A DNA stretch of 64,000 nucleotides. Origin: Heptranchias perlo. Its lineage: Eukaryota. The notes under the pieces were generated by a model. The model saw only the letters and a program-made list of their open reading frames with translations. It was not told the DNA's origin and ran no database searches. The translations under genes and the position numbers were made by a program. Positions 61,351-64,000 of this stretch are shown here, one piece after another. The stretch covers positions 26,102,001 to 26,166,000 of the forward strand of contig NC_090341.1 in assembly GCF_035084215.1 (NCBI RefSeq), read 5' to 3'. Positions within the stretch are counted from its first letter, which is position 1, and each line of letters begins with the position of its first letter.

Positions 61351-62722
61351 GCAATGTCTAGAGGGTCCTGCTGGCATTTAAGCAGCTTAAAAGCTTAGCT
61401 TATTAGGACTTGTAAACTTTTCACTGCTCTGCCCGTTAATGGATTGACTTGCAGGGTTATCTAAAACCTCTATGGATCAACCTATCCTTTCAGATTCCAC
61501 TAATGAGCTAGGATGGTTGCTCAATTACTAATCGTACTCTGGAGTACTGTGCACCTGTGTGAACACGTACATTGCCACCATCCTTCTGACACACCATACT
61601 CCATCGAATATTGGTTCCATAAGTTGGGGTGTGGAGCTTCAACAGCAGCTCCTTTCCTCTTCGGAATCGAATCATGGTAGGCACCGAGCCCGGGATGTAT
61701 GAGCGTACATTCTTATGCCTGGCCTCCAGGTAACATCTTCCGTCGACTGTCATTCCAAGTCTGAGTTTCCTCATCAGCTTCATGACAGACACCCACCTTC
61801 AGCATGGTAGAAGGACTTGCACAGGGTAGCCAAACACCTACTGTTTAAGACATCCATGTCCTCTGCTGCATACCAGGTTTATTTATCGCAAACTGTTTAA
61901 TCTGGGTCCCCTAGTTTGGGAAGAGGCATACTTGCTGTGAGGCTGACTCCTCCTCCAAGGTATTTGGCATCAGGTTGGTGTAGGCTCCCTGCAGCTGCTT
62001 TCCCTTTTTTACAAACATCCACCTCAGAGCTTGGTCCTGCATTCCACATGTGGGCATGCTCAGAAGTTCTGAACCTTAAAGGAGAACTGTTTGGACAAAT
62101 GTCCTAAACACTGTGGCCTGGAATTATCTCTGTGATTTACATCACTATTGAACCTTTTAAAAAGTGTCACAACCACCGGTGACCTCTAGAGAGAGATACA
62201 TGAGTTTCCTGGGTCTGCTTATTTGCGTACTCATCGGTGCAGGCATTGGTGTAAAACTGGTGTAAGCTGCTGAACTACAAGGTCCTAGCATTTCCTCAAT
62301 GTGATTTCAACTGCTGTTGTACCTTTAAAAAAATGTGTTACATCCACCATTGGCTCTAGAGGGAGATGCATGAAAGTTTCCTGGGAATGCTCATTTGCAT
62401 ATCAATTGGTGTAAGCATTGGTGTGAAACTGCAGCTGAACCAGTAGGAAACTTTTAAATGTGTTGTTCAGCCTTTGCTCTTTAGCAGAACACTGGGGGAC
62501 AAGAAGGTAAGGCAGGAGCATTTCTCTCTGAAATTACTTCACCTGCATGACTTATCAATATTTTTATTACACTTAGACAGAATTATGAATATTCAAGTGC
62601 CATCTGTGCTCAAGGTGCAGCAGGGTGTGGCTCAAAGGCAGGTGAGAAGAATGTACAACTTCACTCATGCAGGTCTCCAAACCTTCCTAAGGATGGCAGG
62701 AGGAACTGACTCCTAGGGGTGG

Positions 62723-62857
62723 GTGCCATCGTCACCCAGAATTATCACTTGTACCACCTGGAGGGAGGTTGCATTGGCACTAACTGGCAACTCCTTCAGT
62801 CCCAGGACTACAGAACAGTGCCGCAAGAAATTCCACATCCTCGGCAGGGCAGGCAAG
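62723..62857 (+). pseudogene. Myb/SANT-like DNA-binding domain remnant, typical of Harbinger ORF1 (NAIF1/MSANTD-like)
   Basis: WREVALALTGNSFSPRTTEQCRKKFHILGRAGK fits W..VA.......R...QCRKKF..L and is followed by an AAG|GTAAAA donor. Confidence 0.65.
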
Positions 62858-63045
62858 GTAAAACACCGCATACCTGTTCCTTTTCCTCCTTGCTCACCCT
62901 GGGCACCAGCGCCCACTTAAGGCAACACTTCTACAACTAACTATTCACAATGCTTTCTGGTTAAGAGGGGTAGCCAACTTGGCATCTTGCACTACACAGC
63001 TCCTCTCGCAACAATTACTTATATGCACAACCCTAAAACCCCTTT

Positions 63046-63932
63046 GACAAAAGCAAAATACTGCAATGCTGGAAATGTGAAATATAAACAAAAAATGCTG
63101 GAAATACCCAGCAGGTCAGACAGCATCTGAGGAACAGCACCTCATCTTTCATTTAGCACATTACAACCTTCCAGACTCAACATTGACTTCAACAACTTCA
63201 AATCATTACCACTCCTCCCATTTTTTCAGTCAGCAGGTGCTGGTAATGATTCTGCTGTTGCCATTTACAGCTCCTCTCGACCCATCTTTTGTTTCTTTAT
63301 TTATTCCATTACCACCCTCCTGGCCTTGCACCATCATCCCTTTAATCATTTAGTGAGTCCTGCTCTCCACCTATCACAGACCTTCCATTTTGACACCCAA
63401 ATCCCTCTGAATACCAACATTTACTAATCTCTCACCATTTAAAAAATATTCTGTTTTTCTATTCTTCCTATCAAAGTGGATAACTTCACATTTCCCCACA
63501 TTATACTCAAACCCTCCCAATCCTCAGGCTTACTATTCTTTTTGGCAACATTGTAAGCCTCTTCCTTTAATCTAATTCTATCCTTAACTTTTCTAGTTAG
63601 CCACGGTTGGATCACTTTTCCCGTGGATTTTTTATTCCTCAAGGGAATGTATATTTGTTGAGAATTATGAATTATTTCTTTAAATGCTCGCCATTGCTTA
63701 TCTACCGTCATGTCTTTGAATCTAATTTCCCAGCTACCTTAGCCAACTCACCCCTCGCACTTATATAATTGGCTTTGTTTAAATTTAAGACCCTAGTTTT
63801 GGACTTAACTACATCACCCTCAACTTCTTCCAGTTCTGACGAAAGGCCATCGACCTGAAATGTTAATTCTGTTTCTCTCTCCATGGATGCTGCCTGACCT
63901 GCTGAGTATTTCCAGCATTTTCTGTTTTTATT
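63046..63932 (+). mobile_element. Second-family Penelope remnant with inverted pseudo-LTR, GIY-YIG C-terminus and a nested CR1 fragment (about 63390-63822)
   Basis: Inverted ends (aatgctggaaata..cagcaggtca / tgacctgctgagtatttccagcatt), EEQHLIF..TLQPS.LNIDFNNF remnant, hammerhead-like CTGACGA...GAAA at 63836-63865, 14-bp TSD CCTAAAACC(C/T)CTTT. Confidence 0.8.
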
Positions 63933-64000
63933 CCTAAAACCTCTTTCTCCACTTGAACAGTCTTATCCCCTGAATCTCTTACTTCACCTCTCCTATGCCA

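Noticed and set aside
61650-61695. SVPTMIRFRRGKE resembling a thioredoxin cis-Pro strand
   Set aside because: Too short, with no CxxC or other thioredoxin features in frame.
44000-64000. 3' exons of ARHGEF3, the upstream neighbour of TASOR in human
   Set aside because: No DH/PH-domain or C-terminal ARHGEF3-like peptide was recognised in the window.

Overview
Repeat-rich vertebrate genomic DNA. The repeat repertoire (HER1-like CR1 LINEs, Deu-domain SINEs, Penelope elements) points to a shark or other elasmobranch, which is an inference. The left half holds the 5' part of TASOR (FAM208A, the HUSH-complex scaffold) on the minus strand. Seven coding exons run from a CpG-island promoter near 30.1-30.6 kb down to position 601 and splice in frame with GT-AG boundaries. 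They encode the N-terminus and the pseudo-PARP (DUF3715) domain, and the gene continues past the window start. Intron 1 (~21.8 kb) and the upstream region are packed with CR1 and L2 LINEs, SINEs, Harbinger-like MITEs, solo LTRs and Penelope elements with hammerhead-like motifs. The most striking feature is an apparently intact 3.3-kb single-ORF APE-RT LINE (36447-39762, minus). It begins with a tRNA-like A/B-box head, has no TTTT run on its sense strand, and has no AUG before the endonuclease. This is the signature expected of an autonomous protein-coding retrotransposon transcribed by RNA polymerase III. Other candidates are a recursive splice site in TASOR intron 1, a poison exon in intron 3, a uORF, a near-perfect 252-bp Penelope palindrome, nested insertions with TSDs, and a template-switch rearrangement. 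Everything was read by eye; repeat boundaries without TSDs are approximate.
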